Positions 10,901 to 19,212 are shown, counted from the stretch's first letter. The stretch is 58,317 nt of DNA from a virus (IMGVR_UViG_3300031774_000014:1-58317); one strand, 5' to 3'. Notes: generated from the letters alone by a model not told the origin. Program-made: numbers and translations.

Positions 10901-11963
10901 CTCCGGCTGCATCTGCAGATATTTTAGTGGCTTGAGCATGTAAGCTATTCTCTTTTGATAGGTCTTTTAATGCTGCCCTAAACACATTGGCTTGAAATAT
11001 TCCTGCTGAAAACTGAACCACATTAGATTGCTGGGATTGGGTTAAACTATCGAAAGTCTTAGACATATTAAGCAAAACTTTATCTGCAGGTAAAATTGCT
11101 CCACTCAAGTCTCTTACAACTATTCCCATTTGCTCTAATTGATTTAAAGCCTCCGGCCTTTGTATTCTCGTGAAAATTGTTTTTAAACTATTACCAATAA
11201 CCGCGCCACCTCTAGCTGTAGTTTGTTGAAGCGCCGCAACAATACCAACAAGGCTATCAAACTCGACACCAGCATCAATTGCAACGGCTCCCGCACGCTG
11301 CAAAGCATTAATTAAATCCTCAGAACTAACTGCGAAGTTAACATCTACCGCTGATAATTTATCAATAATATCAGTCGTAGTCAATCCGGCATCCCCAAAA
11401 GCATTAACCGCTGCCGTTAATCCAGCTACAGCATCCGCAGCCTTCAGGCTCGTTAACCTGGTAAGTATTAAAGCATCATTAGTTCGCTTTATGACTTCCT
11501 CTGTAGATAAACCTTGCCTGGAAAACTCTAGCGCAGCTTCCGCCGCAATATTAAACCCTTGGGCAGTGTTCCTTGCCGCATCAAACAGTCCCTCCCCAAA
11601 GGATCTTATCTGAGAGTTTGATAAGCTTAGTACCGCATTAATATCAGCAAGGGTTTTCTCGAATGCTACAGCCTCTGTAACCAAACTTTTGAAAGCATTG
11701 CTTATCCCGTCAAGGATTGCAACCGATGCACCAAAAGCTATAACACGAGCATTTGAAGCCTCTAAAGATTTCGTAAACTCGTTGGCAGACGCGTTGATTC
11801 TACCAAGTGGCTGCGTAAAGCTTTTTTCGTTAACACTGAACCCTACATTCTTACCACTAATTTTATTAACAACCTTGTTGATTTCATTAGTGGCACGATC
11901 CAGGCTACGCTTAACACCCTGAGTGTTAACGCTTAGATCAATATCTGCTCTTATTCCTGCCAT
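1995..11963 (-). CDS. Tape measure protein, 3322 aa
   Basis: TP901-type N-terminal core (EFSRQG, IGNSLKTIFTRI), long helical/coiled-coil body, C-terminal GG..G.PG.D.VPAMLTAGE motifs; position in tail module. Confidence 0.93.
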   Translation of the reverse strand: MAGIRADIDLSVNTQGVKRSLDRATNEINKVVNKISGKNVGFSVNEKSFTQPLGRINASANEFTKSLEASNARVIAFGASVAILDGISNAFKSLVTEAVAFEKTLADINAVLSLSNSQIRSFGEGLFDAARNTAQGFNIAAEAALEFSRQGLSTEEVIKRTNDALILTRLTSLKAADAVAGLTAAVNAFGDAGLTTTDIIDKLSAVDVNFAVSSEDLINALQRAGAVAIDAGVEFDSLVGIVAALQQTTARGGAVIGNSLKTIFTRIQRPEALNQLEQMGIVVRDLSGAILPADKVLLNMSKTFDSLTQSQQSNVVQFSAGIFQANVFRAALKDLSKENSLHAQATKISADAAGEAARKNELLNKTVSALASQAGTNLQELAATIGQLAIGPQMADALEFVNERIEEIRGALGGGEEEGSTFGKGLVRGIGNVISGPAAIAFGAIFIKLFMNIAKFASNSMKDVLGVVSQKDRIKQMEDSIVDALSRNHNIQQSLNNLEGDRLAQEKFMLGIIEAQTDAMEQQRRIAQSLAGPLVAKGVSPDLGASGGLVPEASRRKERKGAAMGGYGAGPIDSMRVQGVGDVVYNKAETVKQFPGMKQPAIMPPENSRAGSVYQKAFQGKHGFDPYASDGFVPNFATAMGKNLVMDKSKLTLFGGSMDIARATGVNYKEIEKLFASRQPVKMSASLKDIIMSSDGGKQKISGKETLFEAFSALSGAGIDSIERTFNVRPPIPGGKGKGKLSRDQFAERKSLNLLNKEVGGNQLTYDPKTKKGVQNYPVDIIGPGGAHEVKSGKLSAANIISKSLRMASDRELSGWMSANKISGGKGLKGKNLSGAQKLAGKMGIKGSGKGGEFSESDADMWGMSEGFVPNFKKDWNSLYNDLIKKYEAGQIKTPKNIYKDVFGMSGPSFLNYLKEQTRTQTVKGKKYNTRQSGMRKALGDKKFNNAKKIYNEVKDRTGHLSDVRIKGDLFEEVFSMLAGQPFKKGTDALDFSEARGRRIRVPRELRKKIGLQDSIIYGDTESGTGHGAKLMRTKVLRELADQGKLGQILSQSGKVELPGSRFVDIIAEGADARPKKNLTTTLGDIRSKSKPLTKQAIDQSIKSKKELNKKISYDYHVDDIDLNKLTFQDINKYLSKQDADLIKRKTGKFSDIQSKFNNQGFVPNFHYWQKFLKWSKGPNGWGLRGDDFTLTDFANYLQNHTDTKPQEIAKINKQTQGFKARANKDLKGLGGPSMGREGAKHYASKAAIQDRKGTIDLNGIFIKNLKDKVERYNSGRSLGSFSDASSGLVPNFADIVPFDNAVPFKKKTIKSKNLMHQEYLKEFAGGETQFRPGQTMLQFLSKFYDRKTLQDLKKYPEDYRILSGGFVPNFADPLAEAVEREKAAGIPASNIKIEQSNQLKGPGNPMGLAVTNTRDEPAGVGQGIRRAKSMGIDPKSHGAAGGFMPNFVVGGAAGGPAGQKFKDFENQVESTTNSLKDNEEGVDKHTTSNMEGLQRLFYLQSSISMASGFLQEFAETGGETTKTMAELGLGVSNVVSTMIATKEFASQLAEMGGVEKGKEVGLGGLLGKVTGGAGGAGKGKGLGLDKIAKTIGGIAKFGKGLLRLAPAVGQLITGFSVLNEVLKFAGIDIFDLFKDNADKAADKLEKLSESAEKTQSALDVANGLSSTRDKMSKLEIIGSGRTLKQEKELISLRIKEIKQQTSLQSKLAQVDIANLKNKDLINEINKAKSGEVKGTETLIRVLEKIAKQEAVQMAFATAIKDFGEKTEGEFGMFEGSSPSKELKDELNSLANRIAEITVGLDPKKKEAMKKNLEAGNIQGISGLESLDLETAEKKKFFINALNEQIKVSEREHKETKKAQQAKSGLLTEYTKIVANYKKQREEIIHQNKLDNIITQSKRKINSRLIDLQSEYEMMSRSTAIQNKSALDGATITEKLESDKLKANNEALNSLEAIRKKYVNITALSSQFNSDAKDAQTGVAELKNAIKKGLNPQMIAEVSDSLGGLDKGQIQDLNTFFKELGKEIKDHTDNQEIINKLVEKYGDNQDSILSMSVLLAKHHMKLTTILPENIEALKKTGDSLRRSQQTAETNAKVARAGLENEKALNLIKQKTVEGARELAMIFAEQKNPAESMLENLQGEVDTLAVINHFRKDSLKKIMESGALDDKAYEQQTAKNRTDAEAAVLSLKQLQVQENILRDTDEFKIIQIAKIQSEVLGASAAAKDAAFRNEYLSYNETRESLVQSQISEETTTLETTARNNLTKLKLLAGSEELRKQVDLQIQEEITSAQSSALVNSEKALILSAMGKQGELLRQANELQESSNKLIGLENAIRKAAVSEQELRLSVGTDIATERATGIRGTREAGMRATITGSPEDALAFSQSLEETNKQLQIGSRAFDRMRTKIAEMDVAAKNLGADLVDIGLDQTRSGMKQLFKDIGSGAKSAKEAWSDFGLGLADVLLDRMMEHNIDQIIKNLTFAFTGENALSEAEKMASSNNNLISENQKLVSSLDALRMSVEGQKRAVEGQVASRADIGVTKTGVNPNDISLSDPNTKRGAEIDAQAREDILHRQMEEQAKKEHLAELARQAKNAQERQRAEDIAANPDRSRFGLRDKDYDPNELASSDLKVENMPELEPGRQKREVERLIVEKENEFQRNKKFLQKANYDPEFGTLEKKYAATNPHTDEGKSLKVAMDGVDATKTANVQLATEINQLKSNLKKINMELIKRGRASELTQQEISSLTSSIVSAGQQIDIVTQNLKNANQQNFSSYKPFNEITIPAAKPRTDFFGGKIQKFAKGGFVEGEPGVDKVPAMLTAGEFVVPKKAAKALKDGGILQHFEEGGVAQRVKAGATGLAQGFAMQEAARYVAKKMQDKDAHKDKPPEFDMNKFKNLNLDSTLSISRGDPRSSGKLLAKDPVMEEYRGHLLDVASYRAAQKNKDVSKRMSKIGSIVGTVASFAISQLTSLAAKPLNALIEKGKNVALGHSGIGKHSEAFKAARKAGLDNVNYKDIADSIESGKPLEYNGKLYGSDFASNAKGNEVSNFQFRARGGKKHGSWFESIKKTEANNPNYRGATAQDLQNKINSTQMEKVKMRPRSTEAITGIDRGKPLEVFSGGEIPAMLTAGESFIPAPIAKRIGYDNLNKMNRTGSIPIIDGPGGVDNVGPVGLSEGDFIIRRSSTDKLLRDNPNMMKFAMQNPDGFRKAEKGYYKGGIVGTASSPSSSISTPQTTSGSKPAPVVENRISSLLEGTQANQTETAATNQNTEVTNNINVNVTIDKSGNEKVSTEGAQGTYEQEQQLAMKIKTKVLEVIREEKRIGGELSG

Positions 11964-12031
11964 TTTTCCTTATACCTTATAATAAAACCTTAAAAGGTTA
12001 TTACACCTAAAATTTTTATATTTAAACTACA

Positions 12032-13426
12032 TTAATCCATATTTATTATTTGCCTGTCATCGTCTGGACCTCCATGACAAGTTGCTGGTTTATTATTGCC
12101 ATATGTACCGCTAGCAAAAAGACCTTCTCTTGCATTCATTTCAAAAGAAAAATTACAATCAACCGTTCCGTAGTCTCCGATTCCTTGGCTTAAAGAATAT
12201 CCATCAAGCCTAGCATTATCTATTGTGAATTTCATCGCTTTTTGTCTTTCATATTCTGGAAAACAGTGAAACGAGCATTCATTGGTCAACTCGATCTCAA
12301 TTTCATACTCAGTGTCCCCGCAAAATATATCAATAAACCTACCACTTTCAAATGTGCTAGATAATAAAGACATAGACAATGTGCCCAGCTGTGGGTACTT
12401 CAATTTACTAGCATACATATGCATAGACTCGAAACCTTCAAGATCTTCTCTCTCAAAAGGTATGTTAACATTAAAAGATTGAATGTTAGCGGAGCTCTCA
12501 AAACAAGAATCGCCATCAGGTTCAGTGTTTAGTGTTGGACCTCCTATATTTAAATTTTTTATTTTTAGATTTATTCCATGTGGAGGTATAGCAGTAGCTG
12601 CTGACTTGTATAGTTTTGGCCTAAAGGTAAGTGCGGGAAATCCTATTTTATCTAACGGTGTTCCTTTATTTATTAAGTCTAGGGAAGGGTTCCTGATTGC
12701 ACCTATTTTTTGGTATTCTAAATCCTTATCTAATTGTATCTCACTTCCGTCCTGGAATAAAATAAAATCTACATCATTCTGATCTCCTTGCCATAATAAG
12801 TTACCTAAAGTTTCTGTTATTTTTTCCCAGTAAAACCCTCCGCCCGCATCCATGCAGTCATAATTAAAATCGGAAGCCGTAAATGAAACCGAAGCTTTTG
12901 CTATATCTCCGACTGATGCTGAGAATGAATAGCTTGATATATAGCCATTACCTATACCTAGTACATTAGTACCCTCTAAACCCAGTTCCCTTTTATCGTA
13001 TGCAGTCAAATCATGTCCTTCGTCACCTAAAACAAAAAACATGGATTTATTTTCTTTTAAATTATTGTATATAGTTCCACTATCCTGTACATTTAAATTG
13101 TATGCAGAGCCCTCTTCGTCGTACTTTACACTGGGCCCTAATATATTCAAGCCTAATAAACTTTCTTCGTAACCATCTGTAAGTAAGTAATCAAAACTAA
13201 CATTTATCGAACCATGCTTAACCATGGTCCTTGCGACATAATGATCGCTTCCAATTTGCTTGATATTTTCTCTATTTGTATCTACTGAAAATTGAAAGGA
13301 CTGAAGTTTATTGAAAAAACTGACTTCGGTTTTTGCGACATCATCCTCCCTGCTGCTATCAGAAACTGAATCCGCAAGGAAAAGCCCCACCGAATTGTAC
13401 CTGATAACATTTCTGGTTTTTGCCAT
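12032..13426 (-). CDS. Tail tube paralog (minor tail protein)
   Basis: Collinear motifs with 13490-15001 (RNVIRYNS/RNRVIYQS, GNGYISSYS/GNGYITDYS, NARLDG/GARLES). Confidence 0.65.
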   Translation of the reverse strand: MAKTRNVIRYNSVGLFLADSVSDSSREDDVAKTEVSFFNKLQSFQFSVDTNRENIKQIGSDHYVARTMVKHGSINVSFDYLLTDGYEESLLGLNILGPSVKYDEEGSAYNLNVQDSGTIYNNLKENKSMFFVLGDEGHDLTAYDKRELGLEGTNVLGIGNGYISSYSFSASVGDIAKASVSFTASDFNYDCMDAGGGFYWEKITETLGNLLWQGDQNDVDFILFQDGSEIQLDKDLEYQKIGAIRNPSLDLINKGTPLDKIGFPALTFRPKLYKSAATAIPPHGINLKIKNLNIGGPTLNTEPDGDSCFESSANIQSFNVNIPFEREDLEGFESMHMYASKLKYPQLGTLSMSLLSSTFESGRFIDIFCGDTEYEIEIELTNECSFHCFPEYERQKAMKFTIDNARLDGYSLSQGIGDYGTVDCNFSFEMNAREGLFASGTYGNNKPATCHGGPDDDRQIINMD

Positions 13427-13433
13427 ATATATA

Positions 13434-13465
13434 AATACACCACAGCCCGAAAACTGTGGTGTATT
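13434..13465 (-). terminator. 12-bp stem hairpin after major tail tube gene, overlapping a GTGTA late motif
   Basis: AATACACCACAG-8nt-CTGTGGTGTATT perfect inverted repeat. Confidence 0.5.
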
Positions 13466-13489
13466 GTTGTTAAATAATTTTTATTTTAA

Positions 13490-15001
13490 TTATGCTCGAT
13501 ATCCAAATAGGTATCCACTTACAGCATCTTCAGTGCTACCATTGAGCCCTGTCCATGCTGGGGGGAGTCCGTTGTTACCCTCGGTTGATTCTTTGCCGTA
13601 TAAAAATAATCCATTATGCAGGTCATCTGCGCCACCAATTTGAGTGGTAAATGTAAGGTCGACAGTTTTATTATCACCAAGACTGCTGCTGTAGTTTTCA
13701 GATTCTAAACGAGCACCCTTAAGAGTAAATCCCATTGCTTTAGTTCCTTCCTTTACTGTGCAGTCGTCGCACTGAGGATCGTAGATGTCAAGTGAAACAT
13801 TATACTCTTCACAGGAGCATAAAAAGTCGATCAAATTATCTTCTTTCATGTCTGCGACTAATGCAGAAACACTCATAGTTACGGTCAATGGAAGGTCCAT
13901 CGCCTTAGAGAATCCAAATGTTGATCCAAGTCTCTGAAGAGTAGTTCTCCCCATTGGGACAGAAATACTTGCGGACTGCACGTGGGCACTTCCTACTAAA
14001 GGTTGGTTTTGAGCACCAGATACTGCTTTGTGCATAAGGGATGCATTTTGTAAATTAACAACTACATCTCCTGGGCGCAACGCTGCAACATCTTGCCCAC
14101 AACCATCGTAACCACTCATAGTTGGAGGAAGCGAATAAAGTCCAGTACATCCATCTGAACCTTTAGAGACTCTGTTGCCTTGAGCATCCTTATTCCATGC
14201 ATTACTTGTTTTAGAGCCATCTTTCATGTCCATGGCGGGGACATCATTACCGGTAGTCCCCAGGTCACTCTTGATGTTCATTCCTTCAACAGTTACACTG
14301 GCAGTCGGAATTGATCCTACAGATACATCTACACTGTAGTCGGTTATATATCCATTACCAAGAGAGATTACGGATTTGCTGTCTTCCTTGCCTTCTTCAT
14401 GTATATTAGTGTCTCCATTTACAGCATCTCTTGCTTCTGGAGTTGTTAGTATAAAGAAGTTATTTCCAGCTTGGTATAACTCTGGCGATAATGCTCCGCT
14501 TAATGTATTAGTCTGACCGTCTGTAACAAACTCGAGCAAGCGCTCGTTTCTACCATCCACTAAATAATAAGAAAAATCTAAATTAACAGTTGGTGACTCA
14601 ACTACGATTGAGTCAAGACGGGCTGCATGACCAAATTGGTTGATGTCTTGACGATTAACTGTGAAACCATAATTCGCACTTTGAACACGCTCTAATTGCT
14701 GGATAATACTTCCATGGGCTTTTGCAAATGCAGGATTATCTCCCTTAGGGTTCCACTCTGGCCAGGCATCTCCTTCGGCCCATCCAGCCAATTGACCATT
14801 ATTAGTCCTGGTTGGCGAATCTAATTCTCCACCAAACACTTGAGATGAGTCAACCGGAGGGGTTGCAAGTCCAAATGGACCGCTTCCTACTCCCTCAATT
14901 GGGCTACTAGCTTTTGCTCCTGTAAAATGATACCCAGTGGAGTCGGGGCTAATAAATAACGCTTCTGATTGATAAATTACTCGATTTCTATGTACGGCCA
15001 T
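13490..15001 (-). CDS. Major tail (tube) protein
   Basis: Strong SD (AAGGAG), beta-rich tandem tube-like pattern, lies between neck genes and TMP, followed by hairpin. Confidence 0.7.
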   Translation of the reverse strand: MAVHRNRVIYQSEALFISPDSTGYHFTGAKASSPIEGVGSGPFGLATPPVDSSQVFGGELDSPTRTNNGQLAGWAEGDAWPEWNPKGDNPAFAKAHGSIIQQLERVQSANYGFTVNRQDINQFGHAARLDSIVVESPTVNLDFSYYLVDGRNERLLEFVTDGQTNTLSGALSPELYQAGNNFFILTTPEARDAVNGDTNIHEEGKEDSKSVISLGNGYITDYSVDVSVGSIPTASVTVEGMNIKSDLGTTGNDVPAMDMKDGSKTSNAWNKDAQGNRVSKGSDGCTGLYSLPPTMSGYDGCGQDVAALRPGDVVVNLQNASLMHKAVSGAQNQPLVGSAHVQSASISVPMGRTTLQRLGSTFGFSKAMDLPLTVTMSVSALVADMKEDNLIDFLCSCEEYNVSLDIYDPQCDDCTVKEGTKAMGFTLKGARLESENYSSSLGDNKTVDLTFTTQIGGADDLHNGLFLYGKESTEGNNGLPPAWTGLNGSTEDAVSGYLFGYRA

Positions 15002-15044
15002 GGTTTTTTTCTCCTTTTTATTTAAAAATAAGTGTTTGGTTATT

Positions 15045-15071
15045 ATTACATCTTTATAATGTATATGGGAA
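15045..15071 (-). promoter_or_regulatory. TTCCCATW-TACAT-N7-ATGTAAT motif, copy 1 (upstream of major tail protein)
   Basis: 19/20 non-spacer positions identical to 22953-22979. Confidence 0.6.
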
Positions 15072-15079
15072 ATATTTTT

Positions 15080-15991
15080 TTAGGCCCTAGGAAACCTTGG
15101 TTGACTGATTTCAAAATCCACAAAGCCCAAATATAATCCTGGATTTATTTTTTTTGATAATTTGTCATTAATTTTGGAGGATCTAGTGTCTTCTATAAAC
15201 ATTAACGGTTCGCATTTTGTGTTATTTTTAACTTGCTCTCTATAACTGTAAAATCCTGTCTTTAGATCCCCAAATTCATTAAAAGGATGACTGTTGTACC
15301 CTATGTTTTTTATTGCCAAATTATATGCGTCCGTACATAAAGACATTATTCCATCCAATTGATATAGGTCTTCAGTGAAAAATATCACCCTATAGTTTAA
15401 TGTGGTTAAGTCTTCCCCGCCAAAGGCAAAGGGTTCGTTATGGGACCTTTCCATAGAAACAAATGCTGCTGGAGAAACTTTCTCGTATGGAAGAATTCCA
15501 GTGTTGCTAAGAAGCTCTGGGGTGGTTCTACTATTTATATTGTATTTATTTTCAATAACAATGTTTTCTTCTGTATCATCTGCGAGGTATATATTTATAT
15601 CCTTAACGGAGAATTCCGCCTCTACATTTAATTTATTGTAATTTTCTCCAAAATGCCTTCCCTCGAACAATACCCTACCGTTATCAAAATCAATAATTAA
15701 CCCGCTTTGACCTCTGCTGCAAAAATTATATACTCCATCGCCTGTGTCAACATAAACCCCCGTTGGAATAACTGCTCCCTCTATATCGCTATTATAAACC
15801 CATTGCTTGTAGGGGCTATTATAAGATATGTATCCGTTGTGGTCATCTTCCGGATAGGAAGGTAACCTTTCATCCTCATGGTAGTAGAGGCTATCAAAAT
15901 GGTTCGAAAAAGCCTCCCCTTTACAGGTTAAATGCTGGTCTAACCATAATGCGAAACTAGTGTTTGCTTCATGTTGGAATTGAGGTTTCAT
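15080..15991 (-). CDS. Probable tail terminator/completion protein
   Basis: 303-aa ORF immediately upstream of tail tube; synteny only. Confidence 0.45.
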   Translation of the reverse strand: MKPQFQHEANTSFALWLDQHLTCKGEAFSNHFDSLYYHEDERLPSYPEDDHNGYISYNSPYKQWVYNSDIEGAVIPTGVYVDTGDGVYNFCSRGQSGLIIDFDNGRVLFEGRHFGENYNKLNVEAEFSVKDINIYLADDTEENIVIENKYNINSRTTPELLSNTGILPYEKVSPAAFVSMERSHNEPFAFGGEDLTTLNYRVIFFTEDLYQLDGIMSLCTDAYNLAIKNIGYNSHPFNEFGDLKTGFYSYREQVKNNTKCEPLMFIEDTRSSKINDKLSKKINPGLYLGFVDFEISQPRFPRA

Positions 15992-15995
15992 AGTA

Positions 15996-16619
15996 TTATT
16001 TGGATAATTTAATGAATTCTTTTTGCCACTTATTAATAAATCTGGATATGTATGGAGTATTGGAGAACTTGCCCGACCTTAGTCTACTACTTGATTGTAT
16101 TCCTCCTCCGGACCTGCTAAATGTAGAATTTGTTTTCATGTACTGACCCAGTCCAGATAATCCAGTTTCGATTCCTTTCGCCCAACTGATCCCAGTTGCC
16201 CATGGCAAGGGTGTTACAGCAAAAATATCTTTTGGGCTTGGCATTTCTATCCTTATTCTGGTTGTACCTCTCGAGGTTAAACCGGTAAACTTAATATCTG
16301 TTTTTTGCAATAAATCAATGATTGGCGATACAGGGCTCGATCCACTTTCGAACCCTATAAAACTAAAAAGGTTTCCGTATCCTCCCAATGTACCACTAGT
16401 ATTGCTTGCTCGCGGACCTGCCAGTAACTCTCTGGTTATGGGTAAGTTTAAAAACTCTTGAATCATTCTTTTTTTTTGTTCTTCAAACTTCTTGTATACA
16501 AGTTTTCCGGATTTGTCTTTTAAATTATTTTTTAATTTAGTCGCATTTGCTCTTTTAGACATGGACGACTTTATTTCTTTATCCAGCTCTCTTTGATTAA
16601 CTTTGAATCTTACTTTCAT
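15996..16619 (-). CDS. Probable neck/tail-completion protein (basic)
   Basis: 207-aa basic ORF in head-tail junction; synteny. Confidence 0.4.
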   Translation of the reverse strand: MKVRFKVNQRELDKEIKSSMSKRANATKLKNNLKDKSGKLVYKKFEEQKKRMIQEFLNLPITRELLAGPRASNTSGTLGGYGNLFSFIGFESGSSPVSPIIDLLQKTDIKFTGLTSRGTTRIRIEMPSPKDIFAVTPLPWATGISWAKGIETGLSGLGQYMKTNSTFSRSGGGIQSSSRLRSGKFSNTPYISRFINKWQKEFIKLSK

Positions 16620-17068
16620 TAATCTGTTGGTCTTAAGTAGTAAGTAAAGAATTTGGGGCTAAATAATCCATGTTTTTTTACATCCGTAACCTTAAACATA
16701 AGGCGGCCATCAATTTCTATACGTTTAGCATCTTTAAGGTAATCGTAACCTTCTGCATCTAGTTTTATTCTTACCTCTCCTATATCGTGGCTAACTTTTA
16801 TTTGCGCCCCAACATCAGCGTCATATGAAACTTCGCTCTGCTTGTCCATATACATTATCCTTGCTTTTATGGCTTTAAACTGAGTCCTATTAAGTACTTG
16901 CTTTACTCCTTTCACATTATTATATAAATAATTAAAATTAGGATCTGTGCTTATTATTATTTTTTTTGATTCCTTATAAGCGAATATCGATCTAGCAAAA
17001 GTATCATGCATATTTTGCATAACAGACTCAAGTGCTTCTTTCTCTTCTGAATTAAAATAAGATGGCAT
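16619..17068 (-). CDS. Probable head closure/adaptor protein
   Basis: 149 aa; beta-rich C-terminus (RIEIDGRLMFKV); synteny; GTGTA motif upstream. Confidence 0.45.
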   Translation of the reverse strand: MPSYFNSEEKEALESVMQNMHDTFARSIFAYKESKKIIISTDPNFNYLYNNVKGVKQVLNRTQFKAIKARIMYMDKQSEVSYDADVGAQIKVSHDIGEVRIKLDAEGYDYLKDAKRIEIDGRLMFKVTDVKKHGLFSPKFFTYYLRPTD

Positions 17069-17136
17069 GTTAAAATATATTACACATAGCTTGTTAATTC
17101 ATTGGAAAAAATATTAAGATAGATTACTATAGTTAA

Positions 17137-17421
17137 ATGACACCGGACGAACTTATTAATTCTGCTTACTCGAAAAATACAAAAATTTTGTTTAAATCTT
17201 TTTTGGTTTTAATTGAAGATCTGCATAAAGACCATTCGATCAATTTCGAGAAACTAAAAAAATCCTTACCCCCAGAGTATCACTCGTTAATAAAGCAGGC
17301 TGATTACTTTGATGATCAAAAGTTACAGTACTTAAGAAAAAAGATACTAGACATGGGTAATGAGACAATAAGAGAAACAGAAAACAGTTTTGAAAATTTT
17401 ACTATAAGTTTTAAGTTTTAA
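17137..17421 (+). CDS. Hypothetical protein (94 aa)
   Basis: First of three co-oriented plus-strand ORFs inside the structural module. Confidence 0.7.
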   Translation: MTPDELINSAYSKNTKILFKSFLVLIEDLHKDHSINFEKLKKSLPPEYHSLIKQADYFDDQKLQYLRKKILDMGNETIRETENSFENFTISFKF

Positions 17422-17457
17422 TTTTATTATAAATAAACAAAGGTATAAGGAATATAT

Positions 17458-18222
17458 ATGAATAAAAAAGTAATCTATCAATTTAAAATCGCCAAAAGCG
17501 AAGAGGTTGAAAAGGAAGAGGTTTCTCAAGTAAAAAACAAAGAAACCGGTGAGGTGGAAAAAATCACCAAAACTAAAAAAGTCAAGCAAGATACTCCGTA
17601 TGACATTATCATACACGAGCCATCTCGCAGGCAAGTAGAGGATGCTGATATGGAATTCAGTATTGAAATGAGTAAGTGCATTAAAAAAGGCATACTTACA
17701 AAAGCTATGCTAGCTAAGAAATATAGCGATAGTGGGGGACTCTTAAGTGAAGAAGACTCCAACCGATTAATTCGTCTTTATCAAGAATTAAATGAAATTA
17801 ATAATTCCCTTGGTCGTCTTTTAGATAAAAAGCAAAAAAACGAAAAAGAAAAATCTAGAGAGGCCGAACTATCTAAATCTTTTGCTTCTACCAGGAAAGA
17901 GATTGTAGATCTTGAGACCGCATACCAGAATGTCTTTAATCATACGGCGGATACTAAAGCTCAAAATAAAGTTATTTTATGGTACCTGTTAAATCTCTCT
18001 CATTACCAGGCAGAGGGTGGAGAAGTTTTACCCTTATTTCCAGGTCAAAGCGCGGAAGAAAAAGAAGAGTCCTACTATGAAATGGACGAAGGTGGCAATG
18101 ATATTTTTGATCTATCGAGAGATAAGTTAATGACATTCATTAGTTTTTGGTACTTCAGTCAAAATCCAACTGAGAAAGAGTTCCAGGATCTAGAGTCAGA
18201 TATTGATTCAGGTAATTTGTGA
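17458..18222 (+). CDS. Hypothetical helical protein, possible tail assembly chaperone
   Basis: 254 aa, acidic coiled-coil; shares 13-nt RBS element with TMP; function inferred. Confidence 0.5.
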   Translation: MNKKVIYQFKIAKSEEVEKEEVSQVKNKETGEVEKITKTKKVKQDTPYDIIIHEPSRRQVEDADMEFSIEMSKCIKKGILTKAMLAKKYSDSGGLLSEEDSNRLIRLYQELNEINNSLGRLLDKKQKNEKEKSREAELSKSFASTRKEIVDLETAYQNVFNHTADTKAQNKVILWYLLNLSHYQAEGGEVLPLFPGQSAEEKEESYYEMDEGGNDIFDLSRDKLMTFISFWYFSQNPTEKEFQDLESDIDSGNL

Positions 18223-18225
18223 TGA

Positions 18226-19212
18226 GTGGATTCCCGCAACTACAGAAAAATATTTAAAGAAATCTCTGAAGGGTTTTCTTCCTATTTTATAGGGGAAGAA
18301 AGAAGGTATATAAAGCATCAGTCATTTCATGATGTTGTAGATTTTGACGACATCTATGACATGCATCTAGAGAGAGCTCAAAAAAAAGGTCTACCTACTG
18401 AAGCGGAGATCTTTGAAGAGCTTAAAAAAGATGAAGTGTGGACCGAAAAAGATGATGCTGAAATAGAAAAGCAATCTTTTTATGTCGATAGCTTGATTAA
18501 GAATAAAAAGAATATATACCTCAAAAGTGCCCTTGATCAAATAAATAAACAGATAACTGAAGCTGAAGAGAAACTATCACGCATTCAGTCAAAAAAACAA
18601 GATCTCGTATCTAATAGTGCTGACAAGTATGCATTGAGTCGAGCGAATGATTTCTATATAGTCAATAGTTTTTACAAGGATAAGGGGTTGCAGGAAAAAC
18701 TGTACTCAGAAAAGGAATTTGAATATGCGTCCACGACGGAAGTCTCTAACCTTGTAGTGACATACAATGAGTTTCATAAGGCTTTCTCTGATAACAATAT
18801 AAAACATTTAGCAATACAAGATTTTTATAAATCCTATTATAGTTTCATAGAAAACTTAACTGATTTTTTTGGAAAACCCGTGGTTGAATTAACTAACTTC
18901 CAGCTAAACTTAACACTTTACACAAAGATATATAAAAATATATTTGAGCAGTATAGCGAAGATATACCTGAGAGAATTAAAAATGACCCAGACGGCTTAT
19001 TGGATTTCGCAAACTCATCGGAAAGTAGAGAGAAAATTAAGCAGGAAATATCTAAAGACTCTGGTGCATCTACTATTGTTGGGGCAACAAAAGAAGACAT
19101 GGATGAATTGGGGTTATCTCAACCAAAACAAGGGAGAACCCTAGAAGATTTAGCTAAAGAAAAAGGAGGTTCTCTCTCAATGAAAGATTTAATGAACCTT
19201 AGTGGGGCTTAG
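18226..19212 (+). CDS. Hypothetical helical protein, possible tail assembly chaperone
   Basis: 328 aa, GTG start; KKGLPTEA resembles KKGILTKA of upstream ORF. Confidence 0.5.
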   Translation: MDSRNYRKIFKEISEGFSSYFIGEERRYIKHQSFHDVVDFDDIYDMHLERAQKKGLPTEAEIFEELKKDEVWTEKDDAEIEKQSFYVDSLIKNKKNIYLKSALDQINKQITEAEEKLSRIQSKKQDLVSNSADKYALSRANDFYIVNSFYKDKGLQEKLYSEKEFEYASTTEVSNLVVTYNEFHKAFSDNNIKHLAIQDFYKSYYSFIENLTDFFGKPVVELTNFQLNLTLYTKIYKNIFEQYSEDIPERIKNDPDGLLDFANSSESREKIKQEISKDSGASTIVGATKEDMDELGLSQPKQGRTLEDLAKEKGGSLSMKDLMNLSGA

